Below, in pieces: positions 9,512 to 19,090 of a DNA stretch of 64,000 nucleotides. Within the stretch, counting starts at the first letter, position 1; every line of letters starts with the position of its first letter. The translations under genes and the position numbers were made by a program. The stretch is from contig CBDCJH010000002.1 of assembly GCA_965217775.1 (NCBI GenBank), positions 3,168,001 through 3,232,000 on the forward strand, given 5' to 3'. The notes beneath the pieces were generated by a model. It was not told the DNA's origin. It saw only the letters and a program-made list of their open reading frames with translations, and made no database searches. The stretch comes from Acidobacteriota bacterium. Lineage in GTDB: Bacteria; Acidobacteriota; UBA6911; RPQK01; JAJDTT01.

Positions 9512-10546
9512 TTACCCCGCGACCCGCCGAAAGACCCTCAAAAAATTCCCGCCCATTATCTTCCGAATCGCAGCGTCCCCGTACCCGAGTTCCAGCAGCC
9601 CCTCGACAAACCGTGGAGTCTCGCCAACATCCCCGAAACCAGCGGGACGGAACCCCGTCTGATCCAAAAAGTCGGTTCCAAACCCGACGTGATCGGGCCC
9701 CACCAGGCGAACCATGTGATCGACATGCCGGAGCATCATCTCCAAACTGGGCCGCTCCCGCGTTGGCCCCAGCGGAAAGGGACTCGGACAAATGATCCCC
9801 CCGGTTTCGGCCACAGCCCGGATCTGCTCATCGGTCAGATACCTCACCGTGTCCCGGAGCGACCGGGCGTTTCCATGGGAGGCAATCACAGGCGCAGTCG
9901 AGACCTCCAGCGTGTCCCAGAAGCTCTCCGCGACCATGTGGGTGACGTCCACCAACATTCCCAGCCGGTTCATCTCACGGACGACCCGCCTGCCGTCCGC
10001 ACTCAGTCCTCCCCGGGCGTCGATCACGGGATCGTAGACCCGCATGGTCGAATCCTCCCAGACCTGCGTCGCCACGCCCATCGCGTTCCGACCCTCATGG
10101 ACGAGGCCGACATGCCGTAGACCGGCCTCGTAAAGCGCCCGGAGCCGTCCCAGATCTCCCCGGAGCGCATCTCCTCCCTCGAGTCCCAACACGAAGGCGG
10201 TCTTCGACTCTGCCGCCGCCCCCTCGATGTCCCCGGCGGTCCGGGCCAGCACTACGTGTTCCCCCGCTTCTCCCTCCAACTCCCGGTGGACGTAATCCAG
10301 CATCTTCATGACGTCCCGAAAGGGCTGCCGGCTGCCATGGGGCCCGCCGACCCGGACGTCGGGCATCCAGCAGGCCGTCAACTGGGCAGACACGCCGCCC
10401 GCGCGCATCAGCGGCACGTCGGTGAGCCCTCCCAGAGACTCATGCAACCGACGGCCCGAATCGGCGGCCATGTCCAGGAAATGGCCGTGGGCGTCGATGA
10501 TGATCGAGTCTTGCAGGATCGTTTCCGCGGACAGAGTGGGTGTCAT
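9512..10546 (-). CDS. Membrane dipeptidase (peptidase M19 family)
   Basis: IIDAHGH, GLEGG, EMNRLGMLVDVTH, VIASHGN, DHVGFGTDF, KIMGGNFLRVF. Confidence 0.9.
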   Translation of the reverse strand: MTPTLSAETILQDSIIIDAHGHFLDMAADSGRRLHESLGGLTDVPLMRAGGVSAQLTACWMPDVRVGGPHGSRQPFRDVMKMLDYVHRELEGEAGEHVVLARTAGDIEGAAAESKTAFVLGLEGGDALRGDLGRLRALYEAGLRHVGLVHEGRNAMGVATQVWEDSTMRVYDPVIDARGGLSADGRRVVREMNRLGMLVDVTHMVAESFWDTLEVSTAPVIASHGNARSLRDTVRYLTDEQIRAVAETGGIICPSPFPLGPTRERPSLEMMLRHVDHMVRLVGPDHVGFGTDFLDQTGFRPAGFGDVGETPRFVEGLLELGYGDAAIRKIMGGNFLRVFRRVAG

Positions 10547-10607
10547 GCGGGCAAGGATACCAACCCCGGTTTATTGTCGGCGAGATCAAGTTTGGTAGCC
10601 GAAGAAT

Positions 10608-13208
10608 CTACTTGAAGCTGAAGGAGTAGAGTCTTGGATACCCCTCGGACCCCACGAGATGAAAGCGCACCTGAAACGCCTCGTCGAGATCGGAAAGACC
10701 CCGGCCTCCCGCCCAGCTGATCCGGTGAGACACGGCATCGCCCCGAAACGGGACGCTGTCGGACCGGTGGAAGCCGGGTAGCGGCCTGCCACTCTCGGGA
10801 TCCAGCAATTCGGCCAGAAGATAGCCCCCTTCGCCACAATCCGCATTGACGTAGAGCTGGGACGCACCACCCGGCTCCACCGGTATGGTGGTCAACGCCG
10901 CACGCTTCCCCGGTTCCACCAGCTCGAGGCGGGTGTAACCGTCGAGCCTCAGAACCGCGACTCCACCCGAGCGCCTTTCCCCGGCCGTTCCCTCGCCGCA
11001 GATCGCTCCGTAGTAGACCTTGATCTCCCGGTCGTCCACCAGCGGCAGAGAGGGAGCGATATGGTCGCAGTCCCAATCCTCGACCGCACCCGAAGGCACC
11101 ACCTTCCGTCCCGGGTCGACGAAAACGAAGTTCTCTCCGTCCCGGCTGAACGCCAGTTCCAGGTCCAGCTCCCGGCCGTTGCGCTGGTACTGGTAGAGGG
11201 AGAGGTAGTAGTCGCCATCCTTCCAGACCACCCAATCGTGAATCTGCTCCACCTTGCCCCCCCTCACCACTGGAATCGCCCGGGCGAAGGGATCGAGCAT
11301 GGGGTTGTCGGGATGGGCGGTCCAGTGGTAGGCGTCCGGGCTGTAGGCGTAGCCGCCGCCTCGGCGAGCCAGGTTCAGAGACGAGAATCCGTATGCCTTG
11401 TAGCGTTTGCCGGGGTCTTTCTCCTCCGGATCGTAGAGGACCGACTGGGGCATGAGGGAGAAGGGGCGCCCCCCCGGAAAAAACATGATGGCCGGTTCGG
11501 GAATCCAGTCGATCCCGTCCCGCGAGGTCGACAGTGTTCCGGCGTTGGTCTCCTGCCACGGATTGTAGCGGCCGACCCGCGCCGCCTGGGCCCGGCTGCC
11601 GTGGGTCGGGAACTTGAGGAGCTTGTAGCGGCGGTTGGGATTCCGAGCGTTTGCGTCCTTGAGCACCATGGGGACATAGGGGGTGTTCCGGAGCAGTTCC
11701 TTTTTCCGGAAGCGGTATCCGTCCGTGCTCTCGGCATATCCCACGCCATACCACTCCCACCAGGGAAGGCTGCGATCCCGCCGCATGGTCGAATACCACA
11801 TGCGATAGACGTTTTCTTCTTTCAATACTCGCAGGAAGTTCCCGGCTCCGTGGACATCCGGATCGCCCTCCTTGCCGGCCTGGATGACAGGATTCCCGGC
11901 GTGTTTCCGAGCCGGATTCAAGCGCAGGCGGAGATTCTCCAACGCCTGCACCTCCGCCAGGTCCAGGAAGAGAACCTTCTTCCCGGGAGACGCCTCCAGC
12001 GAGGGGACGGGAACGGAACGAAGGACCTGTTGATCTCCATGGGTCACCAGAATCTTGATTCCCGGCTCCCCCTCGCCCATCTCCGTCTCCACCGCGAGAC
12101 GTTCGATGGAGAGATGGTTGTCTTCCATGCGGGGCGAGTTCCGGACCAGCTTGGCGGTATTGTGGACGGGACCCCAACCCTGGCCCAGCCACCGGGTGCG
12201 AAAGACATGTTGGCGGGCGCTGTCCACGAAAAACAACCAGGCGACGCCATACCGGTCCAGGGCGAATTGGGGCGAGTGAAAAGTGTGCCAGGCAAAGCGT
12301 GGCCGGGACCGGGTCAGGGGCACGGCCCGCGGCGGCGCCTCTTCGGGAAGAACGGTCATCAGGTGGGAATAGGTATCCTCGTATACGGCCAGTGTCCGTC
12401 CTTGCGTCCGGGTCAGGATCGGTTGGAAGGCGCGGCTCTGCAGGCGCACGACTCTCGCCGCTTTGGGGTCGTCCAATCGGTCCAGCCGCCCGGAGGCGTA
12501 GTACGACTCCTCGTAGATGTCGTGCCAACCCAGGTGGAAACGCTCCTGCTCATCCAGGAAGAGGCTGGCCGGAAAAAGGCCGTCGCCACGGACGATGCGC
12601 CAAGATGACAAACCGCCGTCATGGACACGGCCCAGATGGATCGACACCTGGTGATCCGATATCGACTCGGTCCAGGTGAACCAGACGCTTCCGTCCGCTG
12701 CCGTCGCAATGTCACCGATCCTCGAGTACTCGTCGGCCAGGACCAGCGCTCCGGGAGATTTGGTCTGGGGGTTTTGCCAGAGCAGATCGGTGCCGCCGGC
12801 GCCGGGAAAATCCACGATTGCATATCCGCTGAGTCCGGTCACGGTGCTCCAGACCAGATGGATGCGATCCTGGTGATCCAGACTGATTCCGGCACTGATG
12901 AGGAAACCGCGCTCTTCCAACGGCGGTTCCAGAGCATACGCCGGTCCGAAGTCGCGCAATGATTCAGGCGACGAGCCCTGGGACATTCGCAGAGAGAATC
13001 CGCCGCGGGTTCCGGAACCATTCCGTGGCGACAAGAGAAGGTAGTTGCCCTGGCGATCCCGCACGATCCACTTCCGGACCGATCCCTCCAACTCCTGGCG
13101 CAGCAGAGCGCGGGGAAGAGCGTTGGCATCGGCACTCAACATGGCCCCGATCCCGAGGAAAACGCCGATCCACAAAAGGCTCTCCGTCACCGTCCGCTGC
13201 ATCCACAT
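10608..13208 (-). CDS. Large secreted beta-propeller glycosidase-like protein
   Basis: Signal peptide from ATG 13208; GNPVI, YAESTDG, SRDGIDW, LRLDGY..LYVNA..LYSFSF module shared with four other genes in the window. Confidence 0.6.
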   Translation of the reverse strand: MWMQRTVTESLLWIGVFLGIGAMLSADANALPRALLRQELEGSVRKWIVRDRQGNYLLLSPRNGSGTRGGFSLRMSQGSSPESLRDFGPAYALEPPLEERGFLISAGISLDHQDRIHLVWSTVTGLSGYAIVDFPGAGGTDLLWQNPQTKSPGALVLADEYSRIGDIATAADGSVWFTWTESISDHQVSIHLGRVHDGGLSSWRIVRGDGLFPASLFLDEQERFHLGWHDIYEESYYASGRLDRLDDPKAARVVRLQSRAFQPILTRTQGRTLAVYEDTYSHLMTVLPEEAPPRAVPLTRSRPRFAWHTFHSPQFALDRYGVAWLFFVDSARQHVFRTRWLGQGWGPVHNTAKLVRNSPRMEDNHLSIERLAVETEMGEGEPGIKILVTHGDQQVLRSVPVPSLEASPGKKVLFLDLAEVQALENLRLRLNPARKHAGNPVIQAGKEGDPDVHGAGNFLRVLKEENVYRMWYSTMRRDRSLPWWEWYGVGYAESTDGYRFRKKELLRNTPYVPMVLKDANARNPNRRYKLLKFPTHGSRAQAARVGRYNPWQETNAGTLSTSRDGIDWIPEPAIMFFPGGRPFSLMPQSVLYDPEEKDPGKRYKAYGFSSLNLARRGGGYAYSPDAYHWTAHPDNPMLDPFARAIPVVRGGKVEQIHDWVVWKDGDYYLSLYQYQRNGRELDLELAFSRDGENFVFVDPGRKVVPSGAVEDWDCDHIAPSLPLVDDREIKVYYGAICGEGTAGERRSGGVAVLRLDGYTRLELVEPGKRAALTTIPVEPGGASQLYVNADCGEGGYLLAELLDPESGRPLPGFHRSDSVPFRGDAVSHRISWAGGRGLSDLDEAFQVRFHLVGSEGYPRLYSFSFK

Positions 13209-13443
13209 GGCAAATCTCTCCTGGTTGGCGGGTTCTATTATTCCCCAGAACCGCCACCGATGGGTAAGGACACTCTCCCGAGTTTCTCTTCCCTGGGACG
13301 ACAGTGCATGAACGGGCCTCCGCAGCAGATCGCTCCGACGTCCTCGAGACCGTAGTGATATTTTGGCTCCCGCAGTGGCCGGGACCGGATCTCCGATGCA
13401 GCCTGAGGCGTCCCGATCCTGAACCGTAGGAGGAACGCGATCG

Positions 13444-14433
13444 ATGCCCAGACCAAACATCCTGGACCGACTCAACGACGGCCAGACACTGCTGCTGGAC
13501 GGCGGCACCGGCTCCGAGCTGCAAAGACGCGGCGTCGATGTCCTTCTGGGAGCGACGGACGGCCTGAAGGCTTGGTCGGCGACCGCGAACATCGAATTCG
13601 CCGACGTCGTGCAACAGGTTCATCAGGACTATCTGCGGGTCGGGGCCGACATCATCACCAGCAACAACTTCTGGACGGGGCCCACCCGGCTGGAGCGCTG
13701 CGGGTTGGGCGGGGAGTGGAGACGTTACGCGCGGGCGGCCGCCGAGAATGCGCTGAAGGCCCGCGACAAGCTCAACCCCGCAGCTTATGTGGCCGGCGGA
13801 ATCGCGGCGCCCACCTTACAGGGACCGCCGGAATCGAGCCCGGTGTCCGACACCCGGCAGATGGGGCGGGAGGCCTGCTTCCGGGAGTGGGCGGAACACG
13901 CCAGGCTCCTGGTCGAGATGGGAGTGGACTTGATCCAGGCCGAATACGTGGGCTTCATCGAGGACTGCCTGACCGCTGTCGACGCCTGTTCCGACGCCGG
14001 CGCAACGGTGTTTCTGGGCATTCGGCATCTCCGGGCGGACGGCACCATGCAATACGGCGAGCGGCTGGAAGACTTGGCCGAGGCTCTGGAGGGACGCCCC
14101 GTGGGGGCGGTCCTGCTGATGTGCAGCAACCCGGAGGCAATCTCCGTCGGATTGCCCCGGCTCCGGGGGGCTTTCTCCGGTCCGGTCGGGGCTTATCCCA
14201 ACCTGGGGTACAACCCAACCGGGCCCTTGGTCAACCGCCCCATGCTGAGCAACCAGAAGGTCAGTACGGGTCCCGACATTCTGCAGAACGCCGAATACTA
14301 TCCCTCACGGATGGCCGAGTTCGCACTGAACTGGAAGCGGATGGGAGCCCGGATTATCGGCGGTTGCTGCGCCTCGGGGCCCGAGCACATCGGCGCCATG
14401 CGGCCGGTGGTCAAGGGGCATGGCGGAGCTTGA
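13444..14433 (+). CDS. Homocysteine S-methyltransferase family protein
   Basis: LLDGGTGSEL, VHQDYLRVGADII, GAYPN, IIGGCC Zn motif. Confidence 0.9.
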   Translation: MPRPNILDRLNDGQTLLLDGGTGSELQRRGVDVLLGATDGLKAWSATANIEFADVVQQVHQDYLRVGADIITSNNFWTGPTRLERCGLGGEWRRYARAAAENALKARDKLNPAAYVAGGIAAPTLQGPPESSPVSDTRQMGREACFREWAEHARLLVEMGVDLIQAEYVGFIEDCLTAVDACSDAGATVFLGIRHLRADGTMQYGERLEDLAEALEGRPVGAVLLMCSNPEAISVGLPRLRGAFSGPVGAYPNLGYNPTGPLVNRPMLSNQKVSTGPDILQNAEYYPSRMAEFALNWKRMGARIIGGCCASGPEHIGAMRPVVKGHGGA

Positions 14434-14441
14434 TCGCCAGA

Positions 14442-14533
14442 GCCTCAGTCTTCGGTATCGGATAAGTCGAAGCGCTGCACCACCCGGCCCAATTCGGCCA
14501 AGGGGATCAAGCGCTCCAGATCGAACTCAGGAA
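14442..14533 (-). repeat. Diverged duplicate of the 3' end (with stop) of the esterase gene; direct repeat of 16981..17072
   Basis: TTCGGCCAAGGGGATCAAGCGCTCCAGATCGAACTCAGGAA identical at both sites, with recognisable similarity out to the stop codon. Confidence 0.85.
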
Positions 14534-14542
14534 AGCAAGCAT

Positions 14543-14565
14543 GAGAAGGGGACAGTCACCTTCTC
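14543..14565 (+). repeat. Imperfect palindrome GAGAAGGGGACAGTCACCTTCTC (further copies at ~15833 and ~16833)
   Basis: GAGAAGGGGACAGTCACC seen three times inside the 14.5-17 kb insert. Confidence 0.75.
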
Positions 14566-14686
14566 CCCGCGGGCACCGAGCGCGCGCGGGCACCGAGCGC
14601 GCGGGCACCGAGCGCGGATACTCTCTCGGAAAATGCTCCCCCGACAGCGTCCCGCCGACGGTCGTTGTGGTAGCTTAAGCTTACTC

Positions 14687-15820
14687 TTGAAGCTCCTGAA
14701 ACTTCACGCGAATCGCTACCGCAGCCTTCTTGATCAGACTATCGAGCTGAACGATTTCAATCTGTTCATCGGCTCTAATGCAGCGGGCAAGAGCACCATT
14801 CTCGACGCGCTCCGTTTCTTGAGTGAAGCCGTGCAGGCGCGCGATTTTCGAGAACCGGTATTCACACGGGGCGGCTTTATCCACTTGGCATGGAAGGGAG
14901 CGGGGGCGCAGCAGCAGATTGAACTGAACGTCCACCTCGAAGACGACGACAGGAGGTTCGAATGGGAACTCTATCTCGTCCGGCGCAGATTCGGGTTTTA
15001 CACCGAAGAGTATGTCAACGAGTTGCATCATGACCGTCCGCCAGAGCGTCTGCTGGAGGCCAAGATTGGTAGCGGCTGGTGGTGGTCTGGAGAACAAGGC
15101 AAAGTCGCGTTGAAACAGGGACCGACATCATGCGCTCTGACCGCAGCGGCAGCCGATGCATCCTTTCGGGCTCGAGACGTGGCCGAGTTCATCAGCCGTT
15201 GGGGTTTCTTCGATCCCCATCCGTTTTTGCTCCGTCGCGATTGGACAGGACTGGATTCAGGAAGGTTCGACCACTATGGCCGCAATCTGGGCGGGACGCT
15301 GCATGCGCTCAACGCCGATTCTCCAGAGACATTCGACCGCGTCGTGGAAACGACACGGTCGATTCTCGGACTTCCCGTGACCATAGAGCCGCGAGAATCC
15401 GAAGATCGCTTCTATTTTATCCAGAAGGAGCCGGGGCTTGAGTGGCCGGTGCACCAGATGGGAGCATCCAGCGGAACGTTGCGCTTGTTGGCACTGATGA
15501 CGGCGCTGCACTCGGAGTCCGAAACAAATCTGATCGGAATCGAGAAGGCTGAGAACTACATCCATCCGACAGCGCTGTCTGCGTTCCTGGATCACCTTCA
15601 GAGTGAGGGTCACCGCGTCCAGTTCCTAGTGACGACCCACTCTCCGCTGCTACTCGACTTTCTGAACAAACCGGAAGCGGTTCGCGTCGTCCGGCGCGAT
15701 TCCCAAAGGGGCACAACGGTCTTGAGTCAGGAGAATCCGGAACGCGTGCGCAGGGCATTGAACGAGTCCGGATTCGGTCTCGGAGAGTTCTACGAAACGA
15801 AGGGATTCGGCAGCGACTAG
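14687..15820 (+). CDS. ABC/SMC-type AAA ATPase (AAA_21/COG4637-like)
   Basis: FIGSNAAGKSTILDALRFL Walker A, SSGTLRLLAL signature, IEKAENYIHP (degenerate Walker B), VTTHSP; TTG start inferred. Confidence 0.85.
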   Translation: MKLLKLHANRYRSLLDQTIELNDFNLFIGSNAAGKSTILDALRFLSEAVQARDFREPVFTRGGFIHLAWKGAGAQQQIELNVHLEDDDRRFEWELYLVRRRFGFYTEEYVNELHHDRPPERLLEAKIGSGWWWSGEQGKVALKQGPTSCALTAAAADASFRARDVAEFISRWGFFDPHPFLLRRDWTGLDSGRFDHYGRNLGGTLHALNADSPETFDRVVETTRSILGLPVTIEPRESEDRFYFIQKEPGLEWPVHQMGASSGTLRLLALMTALHSESETNLIGIEKAENYIHPTALSAFLDHLQSEGHRVQFLVTTHSPLLLDFLNKPEAVRVVRRDSQRGTTVLSQENPERVRRALNESGFGLGEFYETKGFGSD

Positions 15821-15997
15821 TGAGAAGGGCGTGAGAAGGGGACAGTCACCTTTTCCGTGTCATTCAGAGCGGGTAGGGCGGGCACTGTCAAGCCGGAGGA
15901 CTCTCGACCTCAAGCGTCCATTTGCAGTATCGTGCCCAATTCGGGAAATGATACCGCACGCAGGCTGGCGAGGCTCGGCTTCCTCGCCGATAGGACG

Positions 15998-16396
15998 GTG
16001 AGAGCTCTGGAAAACCTGAAGATCACTGATTTGATCGGCCGCGCGCCGTGGCGTGAAGCCGTCACCTACAGGAACACGTGGCCCCACGAGTACGTCCTCA
16101 GCCGCAAGGACGGTCAGCGTGAGTTGATCGAGTTGGTCGGTGCCCGCTTCCGCGCCGACGAAGGCGTTGCCGGCACCTTCTTCGGGAGGCCCAACACCTA
16201 CCTGTTCATCGGCGACTACAAGTACTGGCTCATGACTCACTGGGACGCAGTCGACCTCGACGACGGGCAAAACTACGTGCTGAACCGGGCGCCCCTGTAT
16301 CGCGACCGGCGCGACTTCGTGATTCAGCCGGGCGATACAGGCAAGCGCGACGATTACCCCTCCAAACCCGCTCGGTCAAGTCGACGCGCGGATTGA
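15998..16396 (+). CDS. Hypothetical protein (W..A.TY..WPHEY..YL..GDYKYW.M motif)
   Basis: Protein-like ORF, GTG start after AGGA; function unknown. Confidence 0.6.
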   Translation: MRALENLKITDLIGRAPWREAVTYRNTWPHEYVLSRKDGQRELIELVGARFRADEGVAGTFFGRPNTYLFIGDYKYWLMTHWDAVDLDDGQNYVLNRAPLYRDRRDFVIQPGDTGKRDDYPSKPARSSRRAD

Positions 16397-16523
16397 CGCT
16401 GAAGGATGCAGACAAGGCCCGGGGGGGCACCGGCGAGCGGCCCAGCGACGCGCCAGTCGCCCACGGGGAGCCGTCAGGGCCGTGTAGCACCCGGTCGTAT
16501 GTCCACTGCCGGTACGCGACGCC

Positions 16524-16670
16524 TCACTCCAGCACCTTGAACACCCCGTCTTGGGCATCCGCGTAGTACTCGATGTTCACCGTCGTCCAGAGCTCGTCCG
16601 GCAGGTTCATCAGCTCGCGGCGGGATCCCACCGACATCAGCAGGACAGCCGCTGCTTGTCCACGGCCAAG
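16524..16670 (-). pseudogene. Remnant resembling the C-terminus of BREX Lon-like protease BrxL
   Basis: (LAVDKQ)/AAVLLMSVGSRRELMNLPDELWTTVNIEYYADAQDGVFKVLE* resembles the BrxL tail as I recall it; frameshifted and lacking the rest of the gene. Confidence 0.45.
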
Positions 16671-16734
16671 GCGGTGGGGCAGGCCGCCGATGCGGGCGGA
16701 CCGCGAGGCACCAGGAGGGAATGCGGTCTGGTGG

Positions 16735-16835
16735 TCGACCCCTTTCCTTGACGCTGTGAAGGACGCGCTGGTGCGCGGCGGCCACATCGAGCTCTGGGGC
16801 TTCGGCACCTTCACAGGAAATGAACGACGCGGGAG
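16735..16835 (+). pseudogene. HU/IHF family fragment
   Basis: FLDAVKDALVRGGHIELWGFGTFTGNERRGR matches the HU/IHF core (..AL..G..VELRGFGTF..R.AR.GRNP); cut off at a GGGGACAGTCACC repeat. Confidence 0.65.
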
Positions 16836-16983
16836 AAGGGGACAGTCACCATCTCTGCGTCGGCGTGGGACCAACAGCTTTCCGGCCGCCGGTTCTGCGT
16901 CGGTGATGAAGACGGGGACAAGATTGTCCCCGCTCCCAGGGCGCCCGGAATATCGGAGGCTGCCGCGCTTCAGAGCCGACGCC

Positions 16984-18975
16984 TCAATCTCCGGAATCGG
17001 ATGGCTCTAAGCGCTGCACGACCCGGACCGGTTCGGCCAAGGGGATCAAGCGCTCCAGATCGAACTCAGGAAGGAGCCCCAGGCAGAACAGTTCTGGAGC
17101 CTCACTGTAAAGGACCGGTTTGGCCAGCAGGTGGCCCAGGCTCCTCATGCCCTTCTCGACCCTGACCTCCGAAAAGGCCGTGGGTTCGAGTGCTGCGCTC
17201 AGCAGGGCCACGACTTGACTCCGGAATCCCTGGGCTTCGACCCGGACCTCCGTCGCGGCGTGATGGTCCTTAAGCCATTTGGCCAGGGCCAATAGATGCG
17301 ACGCCCGGATCCCCAGCGACCGATCGCCAATCGTGGCCAGGAGCTGGGCGTAGCGGTGGGAGTCCGACTCATTCCTCCTCCGGGGCTGTGCTTCCCCGGT
17401 CAGGATCAGGTCCACCACCAGCACCTGTTCTCCGCGGTTGATCCGGTCCGAGGCTCGTTGGCCCGCATTCGCCTTGCCCTCGTCCAGCAGCAGGATCGAG
17501 GCTGGAGCGCCTTCCCCAGTGGCGATTCCCTTCCCCCAGAGGGCGGATGCAACGAGTCCGTCGCTGAAGTGAATTCGATAGGAATACGTTTCCACTCCCC
17601 GGTTCTTGGTGTTGTGGAGCGCCCACCCATGCTTGACGTCCACCGGCTGGAAACGGACCAGCGATCGAAGTCTGGCCCTGCGGTCCTCGAGGTCTTCGAC
17701 CGCCCGGCCTTCTTCCGGGTCCGCTTCTCGCAGGTTCCTGTCGGCCAGATGGCGCGCCACGCCCAGGATGGTGAGGTTGTCCTCCGGGAGACCGACCACC
17801 AGATCCTCATAGCTCTGAATCTCCCGATCGACGGGATCTTCCCGGTCCCAGGGCCCGAGGCCGAAATGCCGGGACAGATGCCGGTAGGCCTGAAGCCGGT
17901 TGTCCAGTTGATAGTTGTGGGTCGAGGGATCGGTGTTTTCGTGCCAGTCCAGATGGCCGGCCTTTCCGAATAGGTCGAAGAAGGGCTGGACGTCGTCGTA
18001 AATATACGGCTTGACCAATGGCGCCCGGAAGCAGCATTGGTCCTCGGCGTTGTAGATCAGCAGAGTCGGCTTGGGCGCCCGCATGGCGGTCAACGTCGAG
18101 TAGTCCTGACCCCGGAGCAGGTCGGTGGCGTTCTGTTCGATGTCCCCCGTGTCCTGTGGCCGTTCGATTCTCGAGATCAGGGCCGAGTAGCCGGCCACCG
18201 GCACGGCCACGGCCACCCGCTCGTCCAGGGAGGAGAGGATGATGGTCTGCCAGCCGCCGCCCGAGAGTCCGGTGACGGCCAGCCTTTGTGGGTCGACCCG
18301 GGGATGCTGTTCCAGGTAGTCGAGTCCTTTCCGCATGGCCAGGTAGAAGAGGCCGATGGCGTTGGCTCCCACCAGGTCGAGATGGGCACCGAACCAATGC
18401 GAATTCTCGGGATGGGACAGCTCGCCGCAGGCCAGCCATTCCAGATTCAACGCCACGACGCCCCGGCGAGCCAGGGAGATGCACCGCTTCTGCTTGTATT
18501 CGACGGACTTGCCGGGGCCTCGGACGTGTCCGTTCACGTTGAGGACCGCCGGCAGGGAACTCCGGTCACCTGTCGGTTCGTAGAGGAGCGCCGGGATCTG
18601 GAGGCCGGGCAAGACCTGCAAGAGGAGCTTTCGGAGGCGGTATCCGCGGTGTCCTTGCGGCGGACCGACCTCGAGGAAACGAAGCGGAGCCTCCACCCAT
18701 TCCTGGGGCCAGCCGCGGTAGACGACGTCCCGGAGCAGCTTTTTGCGGATGGCGTTCGTTTGGGCTGTCCATTCTTCCGCACGGTTGGGGAGTGGAGGCA
18801 GTTTTGGGGATCGCGCCAGGAGGTATTCTCCGAGCAGGTGGTGAAGCAACCCGGGTTCCAGGGTTTCTTGTTCCAGAAGGGGTGTGAGTTGGCGGGTGGT
18901 GCTCTGGCCGTGGAGGGTGAGCATGCAGGGTAGGAGCAAGCAGATTCTCAGGAGGGAGTTGTTGAATTGCGGCAT
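16984..18975 (-). CDS. Secreted alpha/beta-hydrolase (acetylxylan esterase-like)
   Basis: Signal peptide, PAVLNVNGH, DPQRLAVTGLSGGG nucleophile elbow, MRAPKP. Confidence 0.8.
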   Translation of the reverse strand: MPQFNNSLLRICLLLPCMLTLHGQSTTRQLTPLLEQETLEPGLLHHLLGEYLLARSPKLPPLPNRAEEWTAQTNAIRKKLLRDVVYRGWPQEWVEAPLRFLEVGPPQGHRGYRLRKLLLQVLPGLQIPALLYEPTGDRSSLPAVLNVNGHVRGPGKSVEYKQKRCISLARRGVVALNLEWLACGELSHPENSHWFGAHLDLVGANAIGLFYLAMRKGLDYLEQHPRVDPQRLAVTGLSGGGWQTIILSSLDERVAVAVPVAGYSALISRIERPQDTGDIEQNATDLLRGQDYSTLTAMRAPKPTLLIYNAEDQCCFRAPLVKPYIYDDVQPFFDLFGKAGHLDWHENTDPSTHNYQLDNRLQAYRHLSRHFGLGPWDREDPVDREIQSYEDLVVGLPEDNLTILGVARHLADRNLREADPEEGRAVEDLEDRRARLRSLVRFQPVDVKHGWALHNTKNRGVETYSYRIHFSDGLVASALWGKGIATGEGAPASILLLDEGKANAGQRASDRINRGEQVLVVDLILTGEAQPRRRNESDSHRYAQLLATIGDRSLGIRASHLLALAKWLKDHHAATEVRVEAQGFRSQVVALLSAALEPTAFSEVRVEKGMRSLGHLLAKPVLYSEAPELFCLGLLPEFDLERLIPLAEPVRVVQRLEPSDSGD

Positions 18976-19020
18976 CTATTTGGTGGGGTGAATACGAGTC
19001 GCCCGTTACGGCCTTGCTTG

Positions 19021-19090
19021 GTTGTTACTCTGGAGTTCGGCGGCTAGGAAACCGCCGCTCCTGTTCGGCGATTGGAAATCGTCGCTCCAT
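19021..19090 (-). repeat. Tandem pair of REP-like palindromes inside the gene 3' end
   Basis: Minus strand GGAGCGACGATTTCCAATCGCCGAACAGGAGCGGCGGTTTCCTAGCCGCCGAACTCCAGAG. Confidence 0.6.

Noticed and set aside
14567-14617. Short tandem repeat (GCGGGCACCGAGCGC)x3 as a functional array
   Set aside because: No spacers; most simply slippage next to the palindromic repeat
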